Below, piece after piece: positions 21,737-33,422 of a DNA stretch of 64,000 nucleotides. The DNA comes from Epithemia pelagica (lineage: Eukaryota; Protista; Bacillariophyta): the NCBI GenBank assembly GCA_946965045.2, contig OX337228.1:6882001-6946000 (forward strand). Direction: 5' to 3'. Below the pieces are notes generated by a model. The model ran no database searches. It was not told where the DNA came from and worked only from the letters and a program-made list of their open reading frames with translations. Made by a program: the position numbers and the translations under genes. Position 1 is the stretch's first letter. Every line of letters starts with the position of its first letter.

Positions 21737-22197
21737 GAGTCCATATGCCGTTGTCCCAAGTCGATGGTCTTCGGGTCGAAAAAGAAAATCTATGGATGGA
21801 GGTATCCATGGTGTTGGAAGCGAACCCCAATCGGACGACGTACAGGCCTCATGGATCGTTCCGAATGCACGTCGTCTGTCCGTAATCGTGGTGTCCACTC
21901 CAGACGTGGATGGGTCGCCGATGCGCGCAACGCACAAAACGCAAGTGACGGACGAAGAATTTCGCGCCCATCGCTCATTTTTCTCATCTCCTCTGGTTTT
22001 TTTTGCGAGAGGAGAGGGCAGAACAACCACACAGACAGAGAGCCAATCATTCAACGTTGAACCATTGCAAAAACGGAGACGACCACAACCAATTGTGGAA
22101 TTGTCGTTCTTGCTATATCGTTGGTGTTGCCAAACTGAACTTGTTTTGTAACCAAAGTCAAAGTTGCTATCTAGATCCAAGTCCATCATCCAGAACC

Positions 22198-24114
22198 ATG
22201 TGTGGTATCTTTGCCATTATCGCATCGAGCTTACCCGAAGCCGACTTGCGTCGCGAACTGATTTCCTGTTCGTCCAAGTTGCGTCATCGTGGGCCCGATT
22301 GGTCTGGCTACAAGGTTATTGAAGCAGATCCTAATCTTGGTATCAGTTTGGCGCATGGGATCGCTCATGAACGTCTGGCCATTATGGACCCCGAGTCTGG
22401 TTCGCAGCCCCTCGTCTCGCAGGACAATTCCATTATTGTTGCAGCCAATGGAGAAATCTACAACTACAAGGAACTCTACGATTCTCTCGAAACACCTTAC
22501 ACCGCCAAGACGGGTTCGGACTGCGAAGTCATTATTCCGCTCTATCAGCAATTTGGAGGCACGGTCGATATGCCCAGTCGCATGCGGGGCATGTTTAGTT
22601 TTATTCTCTACGATCGCAAGAACGATTCCTTTACTGTGGCCCGAGATCATATTGGTATTACACCCCTCTACATTGGATGGAGCAATGATGGATCCATTTA
22701 TGTCTCGTCGGAACTCAAAAGTCTGATTGGCGAATGCCACAAGTTTCAACAGTTTCCCCCCGGCCACATTTTTTGTACCAAAGGACCCAATGCCAATACC
22801 TTTCAGCGCTGGTACAAACCCGATTGGGCTCCCGAAATGAAACCGGGAGTTTCCTTGCCCACGGCCAAATTTCAAGCGGTACGATCGAGACTTGCAGCAT
22901 CTTTCATGTGAATTGTTGTTTTGTGGATCCAGACTCACCTTGTTGCCCTTCACTTTGCATGCCATGATGATGATGATGATATTATTATTATTATTCTACA
23001 GGATACACTTCGTCTCGCGTTTGAAAAATCAGTGATTCGTCGAATGATGTCCGATGTGCCGTGGGGAGTCCTCTTGTCTGGTGGATTGGACTCATCTCTG
23101 GTGGCGGCGATTTGTGCTCGACACGTGGGACGCCGATCCACCTCGTTTCCAAAACTTCATTCCTTTACCGTGGGTCTGGAAGGGTCCCCCGATCTCAAAG
23201 CGGCCAAACAAGTTGCGGAATTTTTGGGTACCATTCATCACGCCTATACCTACACCCTTCAAGAAGGTTCGGATGCCATTCGCGACGTGATTCGTGCCAT
23301 TGAAACCTACGATGTCACGACCATTCGGGCCAGTACACCCATGTACCTCATGGCGCGTAAAATCAAGGCCATGGGTATTAAAATGGTTTTGAGTGGTGAA
23401 GGCGCTGATGAAGTCTTTGGTGGATATCTCTACTTTCACAAGGCGCCCAACGCCCAAGAGTTTATGGATGAAACGGTGGACAAAATTAGCCGCCTGCACA
23501 TGTACGATTGCTTACGCTGTAACAAGGCCATGAGTGCGTGGGGTGTGGAACCCCGTGTCCCCTTTTTGGATTTGGATTTCTTGAATGTGGCCATGAACTT
23601 GGATCCGCGCGACAAAATGATTCACAAGGGTGCCAACATTAGTAAGGAAGATACCCGTATCGAAAAGTGGGCCATTCGCAAGGCGTTTGATACGCCCGAA
23701 GATCCCTACCTCCCGGAATCCGTCCTGTGGAGACAAAAAGAACAGTTTAGTGATGGTGTCGGCTATGGTTGGGTGGATCATCTCAAGGATATTGCCGAAC
23801 GAGAAATCAGTGATCAAATGTTTGCCATGGCGCAGAACCGGTTCCCTCACAACACACCCACCACCAAGGAAGGATATCGTTATCGAATGATCTTTGAAGA
23901 AATGTTCCCGGGTGAAGCGGCCGAGAAAACGGTTCCGGGAGGCAAGTCCATTGCCTGTTCCACGGAACGGGCCATGAATTGGGACAAGTCCTTTAGTCAA
24001 CGAGCCGACCCCAGTGGTCGAGCGGCGGGGGTTCACGATTCGGCCTACGATGCCACCTTTGAAGCCGATACCAAACTGTCGGAGGAACCTCCCACGAAAA
24101 AAGCCAAGGCATAA
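22198..24114 (+). CDS. ASNS: Asparagine synthetase (glutamine-hydrolysing); intron 22879-23001
   Basis: N-terminal MCGIF nucleophile Cys, LRHRGPDW, HERLAIMD, ANGEIYN, SGGLDSS, SGEGADEVFGGY, WRQKEQFSDGVG. Confidence 0.97.
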
Positions 24115-24212
24115 ACATTTGAGGTTCTCGACTACAACAACAACAACACGAAAAATAATAAACAAACAGACTTGAATGATATGCATCTGTGGTATGCGGA
24201 TTCGCAGTGAAT

Positions 24213-25598
24213 TTAAATTAGCGTGTACAGTATATATTCCAGATAAAAGAGATCCCATATGCGCTTGTAGTACAGTTTGACCGATTGAATGGAATCGGGT
24301 TCCAACTTGCGAAACTGTGCCAGCAGCATGGTGGCCAGAATGGCATGACCTCCAATCATGGGCACGGTTCGAAAGGAACTCCTCGAGAAAACGCCAGTAC
24401 ATATGGCGTGAATGTAGTTGAGAAACAAACAGGCGGTTGCTCCCTTGGCAATTCGGCCGACTCCAACCGTGGTGGCAAAGGTTTCAATGTTGTAGGCCTA
24501 CGAGAAAAACACAGCGACAGGCACAAACACACACACATGAAGCAATGAGAAGGGAACCGTTTGACGACGACGACGACGACGACGACAAGGCCCCCACAAA
24601 CACACAGTTCTTGCTCACCTTGTCACCTTCCGTGTCGGGAAGATCCTTGGTAACGGCAATTACGGTCGCAAAGACGGTCATAAATCTCGCGATAAAGGAT
24701 ACCTTGGGGGACCATCGAAAGGCCGCCCCCATGGCATCCTTGACAGCGTAATAGACTCCAAAATTCAACAAGAATCCTCGTACCGTCGCAATGGTAAGAC
24801 CGGCCAAGAGAGGATTTTGTTTGGTGCGAATGGGTGGGACGGAATAAATCAAACCCAAAACCAATCCAAACGAATACAACCGAAAGAGCAGGGGTGGAAA
24901 CAATTGGTGCACGAGAATGGGTCCCACGACACCCGAGGCAAGGACCGCGAACCAGGCAAATCGCTTGGACATTTCTCCACTGGCGACCGGTAGAAATGGT
25001 TTGTTCATTTTATCAATATCTTCATCAAAAATCTGGAGTATTGTATGTACAACTTGGTGGTGAGATCCATTGCATCACATGCGGGGGCCAAGATCCGATC
25101 CGTGGTCAGGCTGGCACAATCTCGGAATGCAAAACCTACCTGATTGATTCCGACAATAAAGGCATTGCCCATTAAGAGAGCCAGCATCCCAATAAAGGCT
25201 CTTGGTAACATGATATTCCAATTGGCGTCGGCCAGAGCGCCGGGTGTATCCATCAAGGCTCGAATCGTCCCGGCAATGGAGGCCAAAATGGTACCGCGAA
25301 TTGTGTGGGGTCGGGTAAACTTGTAGAGTGCCTTGAGTTTGGCTTTGAGAGATCCCGATTGAGCTTCTTCTCGAGCTTGGTCAATCGCCTCGGGATCAAA
25401 ATCACCCTCGACCGACATGAGCGTCGTTCGGAACGACGCCGTCGACGGACCGAACCGTGGACCATGGTTGTGGGATGCGCCGGGCAATCGTCTGTGGCTG
25501 ATGGGAACCGTAAAGGCGGCACTGTTTCTCCATTGCTCTTGGAAGGATAGGAGCAGAACCAACAGCCCCAGGAACGAACGATGCCGTATGTGGTTCAT
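24213..25598 (-). CDS. HST: Homogentisate solanesyltransferase (UbiA family, plastid); exons 25598-25140, 25032-24619, 24497-24213
   Basis: [63 protein letters not shown]. Signal peptide with an SAA-F motif. Confidence 0.9.
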
Positions 25599-26140
25599 GT
25601 TGTCGACCCTTCACAGAAAGACTGGCAACGACATGGAACAGGGCAACAACGGCACAAGAGAACAAAAACTCAAGAGATGGCTTCAACTCTGACACCAATC
25701 CCCGAGCGATTACGTCAGTCACTGAAACGCGTCTCAAGCGCGACTGTATCTTCTGATCGGGGCATAAATCTTGCTTGTCCATCCAACACAAGATATTCAC
25801 CATTATCACACATGAACATGGCGAAATGTACGATCCTTTGTTACGCGTTGAGAGAGAGAGAGAGTGGCCCACGATCGAACAATGTGTATCGTCTCTTGCC
25901 ACGATGATCCGTCGTTCGATTCTCTTTCATGTGCAATACACAAGGACACATACAATATCCATTTGACACTCAACGGTTTGCTCCTGGAACTCACACGTTC
26001 CCTTCGTGGAGCAATCCACAAATACTACCCCAACAAACAGGTCGTTCTCATGGATCCACAACAACGCTCGCAAAAGCGCTACGCTCCGTGGCTTGGTTCG
26101 ATCTCCGTGGGTCCACAACACAAATAACGCCTCACGTGTC

Positions 26141-27838
26141 ATGGAGGGTTCCACGACGACGACGAAGACCACCACACGCGGGAGAACGACGACGACAACG
26201 AGGACGAAGAATCCCTATATCATGCCCGATCCAGACCCCGCGTCTCCTTCGATTCGTAGTCTCAGTCCTACGATTCTTGCCCTGGATGAGGCCTCGACGC
26301 TTCGTGGTATGATTCAACGTCAAGCATCGACCATGGTACAGTTTCGAAAAAGCGAAATGACGGAACTCACAGCCGTGGAAACCACCGAAGAGTCCCAAAA
26401 AGAAGAGGACGAAGATTCGGATTCTCACTCGTGGCATGCCGCCTTTGAATTGGGTTCCAACCATGTGTGGTCGGATTCCAATGAGACTATGGTGCCTGCG
26501 GCATCCCCGGGCAGTGACTTGCATGACTCGATTGAAGCGATTCGAGAGGAGGCTTCTCGTGTCGATACGGCGATTGCCTTGGATCAACTTTATACCTTGA
26601 AGAATGAACTCGAATCCTTACGGAAACAAGTGTCCACACGAGACTCGGAGATTCGGCACTTAAGAGAAACGATTACGGTCAAGGACACGAGACTGTCCAC
26701 CCTACAATTGGAACGCGATTTGTACAAGGCCGATGTCGGATGTGATGCTACCAGTAGTGAACCAGAAGAACCCGCTCCATTCATTCCTCCCTGGTCTCCA
26801 GTGTCTCAACTCTCTCAGGCGGGTCGGTCTACCGCGGAGGATAGTAAATCGCATTCCAAAGTGTCTCGCGTTTCCTCTCGTCGTGGAGTTCCCCCCATGC
26901 GCGTCACACCCATTCCACCCCGTAAGGTGGAACGACTGGAACCGCAAGAAACCTTGTTGGGTCCGTCGTCCAATACCACTGCCTTGTTTCGTCCCGTCGC
27001 CATGGTACCACCCAGTCATAGTGGAGCCTTGGAACGAACGTTCCAGTCCACTGCGAGACACGAGTCCGTGTCGGTAGGGAGTCGACAAAACAGTGGTCTT
27101 TACAAGAATGATGAATCCACATCGGAAACCACGGACAGTATGGAATCTTTGGCGTTTCAGCTAGTTCCTCGTCCCATGTATCTTCACCACCACCACAAGG
27201 CATCCATGGACCAACACCATCGCCATGACAAGATGGAAGGTCCTCCTCGTTCCATTGTTTCGCCGCAACCTCTTTGGAACAGTACTCGCAAAGGTCGTAC
27301 GAAATCCCAATGGTCCGTCCCGAATGGAGAAGAGGATGTGACGTATGCTAGTACTGCGACACGATCTCGGTACCGGCGGGGATCCATGGTGGCGGAAACG
27401 GCAGCCACGCATGGTGGATCTCGAAGCAGCAAGAATGGTAAATCTCGTTCCAAAACGATGGAACAGCCCAAGGAAGAAACAAATTGGGCCGATGCAGGAT
27501 CTAAGACCTGTCTTCTTGTTCCCAAACTACGGTCCCGACGGAACAAGAAGAAGAATCCAGGATCACGGGAACGACCAAACCCGGACTCGGTCGGGTCGTC
27601 GTATCAGACCCATACTGAGGAGCTCACACTCCTCCTTCGCACCATGCAAGCATCGGAAGAAGAACTACGAAAACGATTGGCCATGATTACTACCTACTAT
27701 GAAACAGTGGTACAAGAACTGTTGGCCAAGTCCGTCTCAGCCGAACGAGACGGACCCCGGAACCCTGCACGAGAACATGTCTTGGAGTTTCCAACAAGTT
27801 TTCGAGCAACGCAGTGGCGTACAAAGGAATTCCAGTAA
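26141..27838 (+). CDS. Orphan, largely disordered protein with a central coiled coil (start codon uncertain; ORF open from 26006)
   Basis: Long ORF with heptad segments IEAIREEASR..LDQLYTLKNELESLRKQVSTRDSEIRHLRETI..LQLERDLYK and LRTMQASEEELRKRL. Confidence 0.6.
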   Translation: MEGSTTTTKTTTRGRTTTTTRTKNPYIMPDPDPASPSIRSLSPTILALDEASTLRGMIQRQASTMVQFRKSEMTELTAVETTEESQKEEDEDSDSHSWHAAFELGSNHVWSDSNETMVPAASPGSDLHDSIEAIREEASRVDTAIALDQLYTLKNELESLRKQVSTRDSEIRHLRETITVKDTRLSTLQLERDLYKADVGCDATSSEPEEPAPFIPPWSPVSQLSQAGRSTAEDSKSHSKVSRVSSRRGVPPMRVTPIPPRKVERLEPQETLLGPSSNTTALFRPVAMVPPSHSGALERTFQSTARHESVSVGSRQNSGLYKNDESTSETTDSMESLAFQLVPRPMYLHHHHKASMDQHHRHDKMEGPPRSIVSPQPLWNSTRKGRTKSQWSVPNGEEDVTYASTATRSRYRRGSMVAETAATHGGSRSSKNGKSRSKTMEQPKEETNWADAGSKTCLLVPKLRSRRNKKKNPGSRERPNPDSVGSSYQTHTEELTLLLRTMQASEEELRKRLAMITTYYETVVQELLAKSVSAERDGPRNPAREHVLEFPTSFRATQWRTKEFQ

Positions 27839-28008
27839 TGGTAGAGAGCGATAGAAAGTGTTTGGTATGGACCTAGTGAAGAATCCCTCTGTAACTTATA
27901 GGAGTATATCCAAAGACCTTTCGTTTTGACAAACCTCAAAGTCTCTGTGGCTCCTTTTGCTTGGAGGGATTTTATGCCTCCATAGATATCGCCACGCGCG
28001 TTCATCGC

Positions 28009-28614
28009 ATGCTGGCTCGATCGCGCATGCACGCCAAGATCGGGTCGCACTTTGGTTTCTCCTTGCGTCGCGACAATGAAGACACCCTCCATCCAAGCCG
28101 ACCAAGACGCAACAGATTGCCAGAGTCACTTGCTGAGATAGAACCTGCTACTAGGTAGATGTTATTCATGTCATTTCATGATCACTTAAAACTGGGACTT
28201 TTACTGTTTTGCTTTTTGGCATGTCTTTCTTCCTTGTGGACATCTCCCAGCTTTGAACTCGGAACTATCAGGGTTCCGACCTTGGCTCCCAACCTGAAAC
28301 AATGGTGCAAGAATCAAACGATTGGTTTACGAGAGTGCCACAAGAAAGAAGGCGATTCTTCCCGTGATCCCAATCACTGTAAGGATGCAACGGTAACACT
28401 GCAGACATGTGAGAATGTCATCCGAAAGGCGTACCGATACATCAACTTGGGAGGGTGTTTGGTCGACAATCAGATGCTGGCACGATGCCGATCCGAATGG
28501 TGTGAGGAACATGGACAACAAAAGCACCACCAACTGGATTGTGAAAAGGAGTGTGCCCTTGCGAAACGCAATCTTGATCAGTGCATAGAGAGGGTCGTTA
28601 CGAAATACCTGTGA
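28009..28614 (+). CDS. Protein with four CX9C motifs (two CHCH domains); probable intron 28155-28250
   Basis: CKNQTIGLREC, CKDATVTLQTC, CLVDNQMLARC and CALAKRNLDQC each have exactly 9 residues between the Cys. A phase-2 GT...CCCAG intron joins ORF 27961 to ORF 28159 in frame. Confidence 0.6.
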
Positions 28615-28913
28615 TGAATACACCTGAAAATTTACAAAAAGGGAACATGGCAACAACACTGAGATCTTTCCATATCCCGTGACACGCTGTACTTGTGTCG
28701 AAATACCATAGATTGTAGGATTAAAATTGCGGGTAAAAGTAGCGTGGCAAAAGCTTTAGGTTCAAACACAAGACGATTTTCCCCGTCTCGACACTGATAC
28801 TCTCTACCTCCTGAATCTCGTTCCATAAGATTGCTGCTCTCGCACCATTCTAACCGTACTCCAAAGAACTATGTGCTCCCTTATCAATAATCAGGCTAGG
28901 TCGTTTGGCTCCT

Positions 28914-30319
28914 TTAGACATCTACCACACGCGCCAGTTTTTGAATCCGATTCAAGAGAGCATCGCCCTTTTGAATCACTTGACGATATTTGGCATTTTG
29001 CCAATCGGCCCGATTCGTCACAATGGTGCCCAAAAACTTGTCAATCTTGGCCGACAACCGGCCGGCCGCAATGAAATGCGACACGTGCAAATCCAAAAAG
29101 TCTACCGAGACGCCAAATTGGTCCGCCATGGCCGCCAAGGTCACAGACTGATAGGAATCCAAAAATTGCTTGTACACCAGCAAATGCAATTCGCGCATCC
29201 AATAGGACGAATGCGCCGCCAAGTATCGATCGCTCTGTAAAATCTCTTCCAGGTCTACCATGGCATGTAGATAGGATTTGTAGTCGCAATCGTAGTACGA
29301 ACGAATCAATTTCATCTGATTTCGGTAGTAACAACCGTGTGAGTGACTTGCCCAACACACACAAACAAACATACACACTCCATTCTATGCACACTCACCA
29401 CAACTGGAATATCGGGTGCCACCGCCAAGAGTTCCGGTCCATTGAGTATTTTCTCGTAGAGTTTCGGCCGTGGCAAATGCAACAGATTGGTGAGGGCCGC
29501 ATAAATCAAAAAGGATTGGTAGGAACAGAGTTCTGTGGAGGTAAAGGTGGCAATCCCTTGCAACATGATTTCCGCCGACTTTTTCAAATCGCGTTTCAAC
29601 AAGAATTGAAGGGCCTGGTACACGGCCACTCGATTGCGTCGATCCCAATCGCCCGAGCCCGATTGGGCCAATTTGTCCGCCTTGTCAATCCATTCATCGA
29701 CCGATGCCAAGGTTGTCTTGGTTCCTCCACCAGTAGTAGTAGTAGCGGGAAAACTGTGTGCAAACGATGTCACACGGGCCAATTCCATGTAACAATCCAT
29801 CTTTTTGCCAGAACTCAATTTGGGCAAGTCCAAGACCTTTTGATAGGCATCCAGGGCTTGTTGAGTCGTCAAGGATTTAGCAGCAAAACGAGCAATGGCC
29901 AACAAGGCGTCCATCACTTCCATATCACCAGCACTCTCTTTGGCTTCTTCTACGACGGCCTCCAACTCGACCACCTTGGCCTTGTGTGCCTCCTTCATGG
30001 TCTCGACAGCGTCCGAAGAAAGAAAGGTGACGCTACTACTGGCATTGGCATCTTTTTGCAGTAAGGATTGCTGAAAGGTTTCGTACAAGGTTGGATTTTC
30101 CAAGGTTTTGGCAATGGTATCCGCCACTGACTGCGCCAATGTCAGGTCTGGACTGGAGGAGGACAAGACGCGATGAATCTCTTGTGCGAGGTTCATATCA
30201 GGAAAGGGAGCTGCTGTGTTGCCTTCATTCTTTTTCTTGCTCTTATCGTCGACTTTGTTGTCAGCAGTCGACGGCGATGCTTCTTCTCCATTGTTCGATG
30301 GTTTCTCTGCTTCACTCAT
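28914..30319 (-). CDS. RPN7: 26S proteasome lid subunit RPN7/PSMD6; intron 29316-29398
   Basis: EAKESAGDMEV, GDWDRRNR, ATFTSTELCSY, YWMRELHLLVYKQFLDSYQSVTL, FIAAGRLSAKIDK, KGDALLNRIQKL (PCI domain). Confidence 0.95.
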
Positions 30320-30596
30320 GGCACAAGAGCAATGTGATATAGGTAGATACTTGGAGAGTTTGAACTCCGATTGGGGATGGTATCTGTAATAATGCGCCCA
30401 GAAGAGGCAAAGAAATCCATCGAAGCTCGTCGCAAGACTTGCACGGATATAAACCGCGACTGGAATGTCGGTCCTATTTGGTCGCATATACAGCACGGCT
30501 GTTCTCGAGAAAATCTTTTGGATCTTTTCCGTCCATCAATCGATCTCAACACTCTGCTGCGCCGACTGGGTCCTCGTGCATTCAATCATCCTTTCC

Positions 30597-32207
30597 ATGA
30601 ACGAACCTGCACCTCCAACAAACCAAACGAGTCCTAAACAGATTACTCTGTCTTCCAAGAATCTGGAAGAATGGCGTCATGCCGATTATTGGAAAAGATT
30701 GGCTCCCTCGTCTCTATTAAGCCTTTCGGAAGACGACGAACCGAACGAGAGAACAACAATCGCAGCAGATCCGTCGTTGCAGCAACAGAGGAAGAAATGG
30801 GAATCGAATGGAACACAATGCCGACAAGCCTTGCGAAATCAAGGCTTTGCACTGGTGAATGATTTTTTTGCCACACGAGAACTCGTCCACAAGCTCCGCA
30901 AGGGCATACAACACTTGCATCAACTCGGTTACCCAGCCAGTTTTATCTTGCTGTACAATGAAACGTGGGAACTGGCCTATCATTCGTGGAATTCTGTCTT
31001 GAAACCATCCACCCATGAACGCAATGCCTTTCACTTGGATATTCTCGCTTGGTACATTGAATCCAATGGCTTTTCTCCCCATCGCGATCGACAACCCGAC
31101 TATCCTCCCCTCCAGAGTTTTTTCCAAGCCCCGGCAGAAGGTACCGTCGAACCCAACCAAACAGACGCAACTAATAGCACCACCCAACCAAACGGGAACC
31201 ACAACCATCATCAGAACCGTCAAGGCGGTTCCTACGATGCCATGTTTGTGACTCATTGGATTGCCTTGACGGACGCGACACCCGAAAACAGTTGCTTGTA
31301 CATGATTCCCAAGGATTTGGATCCTGGATATTTCAATGGAGATGGCATGAAAGATACAACCACAACAACAGCAGCACTCGACGACGAAAACGAAAGCGAA
31401 ACTGCCCAAGAGGAGGAGGAGGTCGACGACGATCCGTTACGGGTCGCCTTGTCGACCAAACAATCCTTTCAACACATTCGTTGCATTCCTCGACAATCGG
31501 GACAATCCGTCCTCTTTACCCATCGAATCATTCATTGGGGATCGGCCCGGCCCCCATATGATGAAACCAACCAAATTCGTTTGCCGCCGTGTCGAAGTGC
31601 CATTTCCTTTGTGTCGTGCCATGCCGAGTTTGAATCCCCCTTTCTAATCGATTCCGCCGGTTGGACGGGCGACTCGCCCACGCCTCCTCCCTTTGGCATT
31701 CGACTGCTCCTCGTGTGTGCCCAAATGTTGATGTATTACCAACGATTTGAGTTTCCCAAAGACTTTTTGAAAGCCTGTTATGACTATTGCAAAGAACATG
31801 ATGACAAGTTGGGACCCGAGTATCGACAAAAAGTCTTTTGCGAATTTGTCAAGGCCATGCAAGAACACCAAAAGAACAAGGCCCTGAAGGAACCATCCCT
31901 ACGTACAACATCCAACGATGCGACAAGTCGCGCAATTCCGGACGAGGACAATCATAAAGATGATGATGAAGAAGAAGAAGAAGAAGAGGCAATGATGGAA
32001 GAAATGCTTCGTGCCGCTCAAACAGGATACGGAGATTTCAACGATGATTACGACGAAGAGTTTGGTGCAGAGGAGAACCAACTCAATGATGAGGATGAAG
32101 ATGGCAAAGACGAAGAAGAGGAAGAAGTCTTTCTCGGTTTGGGTGGAAAGCGTGCCATCTCCACCAAAGATCCTAACCAAACAGCAAAGAAACCCAAGGG
32201 GTCATGA
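30597..32207 (+). CDS. Fe(II)/2-oxoglutarate dioxygenase, PhyH-like fold, with an acidic tail
   Basis: HxD motif (GFSPHRD), THWIALTDATPENSCLYMIP, and the distal His in VLFTHRIIHWGS. Confidence 0.8.
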   Translation: MNEPAPPTNQTSPKQITLSSKNLEEWRHADYWKRLAPSSLLSLSEDDEPNERTTIAADPSLQQQRKKWESNGTQCRQALRNQGFALVNDFFATRELVHKLRKGIQHLHQLGYPASFILLYNETWELAYHSWNSVLKPSTHERNAFHLDILAWYIESNGFSPHRDRQPDYPPLQSFFQAPAEGTVEPNQTDATNSTTQPNGNHNHHQNRQGGSYDAMFVTHWIALTDATPENSCLYMIPKDLDPGYFNGDGMKDTTTTTAALDDENESETAQEEEEVDDDPLRVALSTKQSFQHIRCIPRQSGQSVLFTHRIIHWGSARPPYDETNQIRLPPCRSAISFVSCHAEFESPFLIDSAGWTGDSPTPPPFGIRLLLVCAQMLMYYQRFEFPKDFLKACYDYCKEHDDKLGPEYRQKVFCEFVKAMQEHQKNKALKEPSLRTTSNDATSRAIPDEDNHKDDDEEEEEEEAMMEEMLRAAQTGYGDFNDDYDEEFGAEENQLNDEDEDGKDEEEEEVFLGLGGKRAISTKDPNQTAKKPKGS

Positions 32208-32309
32208 TATTGGTCGTATACATGCGTTGCTGTAGCTTGTAACACAACTTTCCTAATAGAAGTAGCTGTAACGTGGCCTAACGTAGATCCATTACAATGA
32301 TTCTGACAG

Positions 32310-33164
32310 TTACCAGTTCTCTCCACCCGTGGCACCACCATCCCCGTCCCATCCGCCGGCATACTCTTCACCGCCTTCTTCAAATCCAGTTGCTTCCTGC
32401 ATGGGAGCCGATTCTACGAGACCCGGTTCCACCACGACTGGTTCGGTATCGATAATCGCTTCTTCTTCGTAGGCCGCGGGGGTGACCGCCACATCGTCGA
32501 CTTGGGCTTGTTCGTCGTCCGACTTTTTAAGTTCTTCGGGGTCACGGTGGAAAAAGAGATCGACCGGGACCTCCCATTCCGCACGGCTAATGGATCCTCG
32601 CAAACGAAGGACCTCGCGAGCCAGCAACCAGTACATGAGACCAATCGAGTGCTTTCCCTTGTTGTTGGCCGGAATGGCCACATCGACATATTGCAAGGGA
32701 GAATCGGAATCACACAAGGCAATCACGGGGATATTCACATAGGCAGCTTCTTTGACAGCTTGTTGATCGGTTCGAGGATCCGTCACAATCAACAAACGAG
32801 GTTCCCGAAATTGCTTGGTGATTTGATTCGTAAAGGTACCGGGTGTGAATCGCCCGGCAATCGAGTTGCTTCCCGTGTAATTGGCAAACTTGAGAACCGC
32901 ACGCATACCGTAGGGACGAGCCGAAATGGCAATCACATCTTCGGGGTTTTCAATCGACACAATCACGCGGGCCGCCAAGACCAACTTTTCCCAGGTTTTG
33001 CCAATGTTGAGAATGTGCACCCCATCGTTGCGACGACGCCAAATGTACTCCGTCATCATGGAATCCGAGTTACGAGTTCCCGTATGAACACCAGCGGACA
33101 ACATCATTTGAATGTCCTCCTCCTTGGGCTGGAGGATCGGGGGGAGATTCGCAAAGGCCGACAT
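32310..33164 (-). CDS. RPSA: 40S ribosomal protein SA (uS2)
   Basis: [84 protein letters not shown]. Confidence 0.98.
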   Translation of the reverse strand: MSAFANLPPILQPKEEDIQMMLSAGVHTGTRNSDSMMTEYIWRRRNDGVHILNIGKTWEKLVLAARVIVSIENPEDVIAISARPYGMRAVLKFANYTGSNSIAGRFTPGTFTNQITKQFREPRLLIVTDPRTDQQAVKEAAYVNIPVIALCDSDSPLQYVDVAIPANNKGKHSIGLMYWLLAREVLRLRGSISRAEWEVPVDLFFHRDPEELKKSDDEQAQVDDVAVTPAAYEEEAIIDTEPVVVEPGLVESAPMQEATGFEEGGEEYAGGWDGDGGATGGENW

Positions 33165-33422
33165 GTTGGATGGTTCACTTGGATGAAACTAGGAGATGCC
33201 TAGAGAACAAGGATATTGCACTGTTCCTGATAACTGATATTATCTCGTCTAGAGAAAACAGTAAACCGGTAAGGGGGAAATCCAAGTAAGGCAGTAAGGG
33301 GTAAAACTATGTGTGGACGGGTATAGCTTTCGTAGAACTATGGCTCCAGACCGATCGATACCCCCATCGCGTTGCCATGTCAAGAATTCGAGTCATTTCA
33401 TGTCAAATGTCAACTCTGATGA

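Noticed and set aside
19646-22189. 847-aa ORF as annotated, extending ~150 aa upstream of the SAP-protein start
   Set aside because: The extension overlaps the promoter region shared with ASNS, and a signal-peptide-like start lies at 21736.
28159-28250. N-terminal TM/signal of the CHCH protein taken at face value
   Set aside because: The hydrophobic stretch coincides with a pyrimidine-rich, correctly phased 96-nt GT-AG intron. It is kept only as an alternative model.
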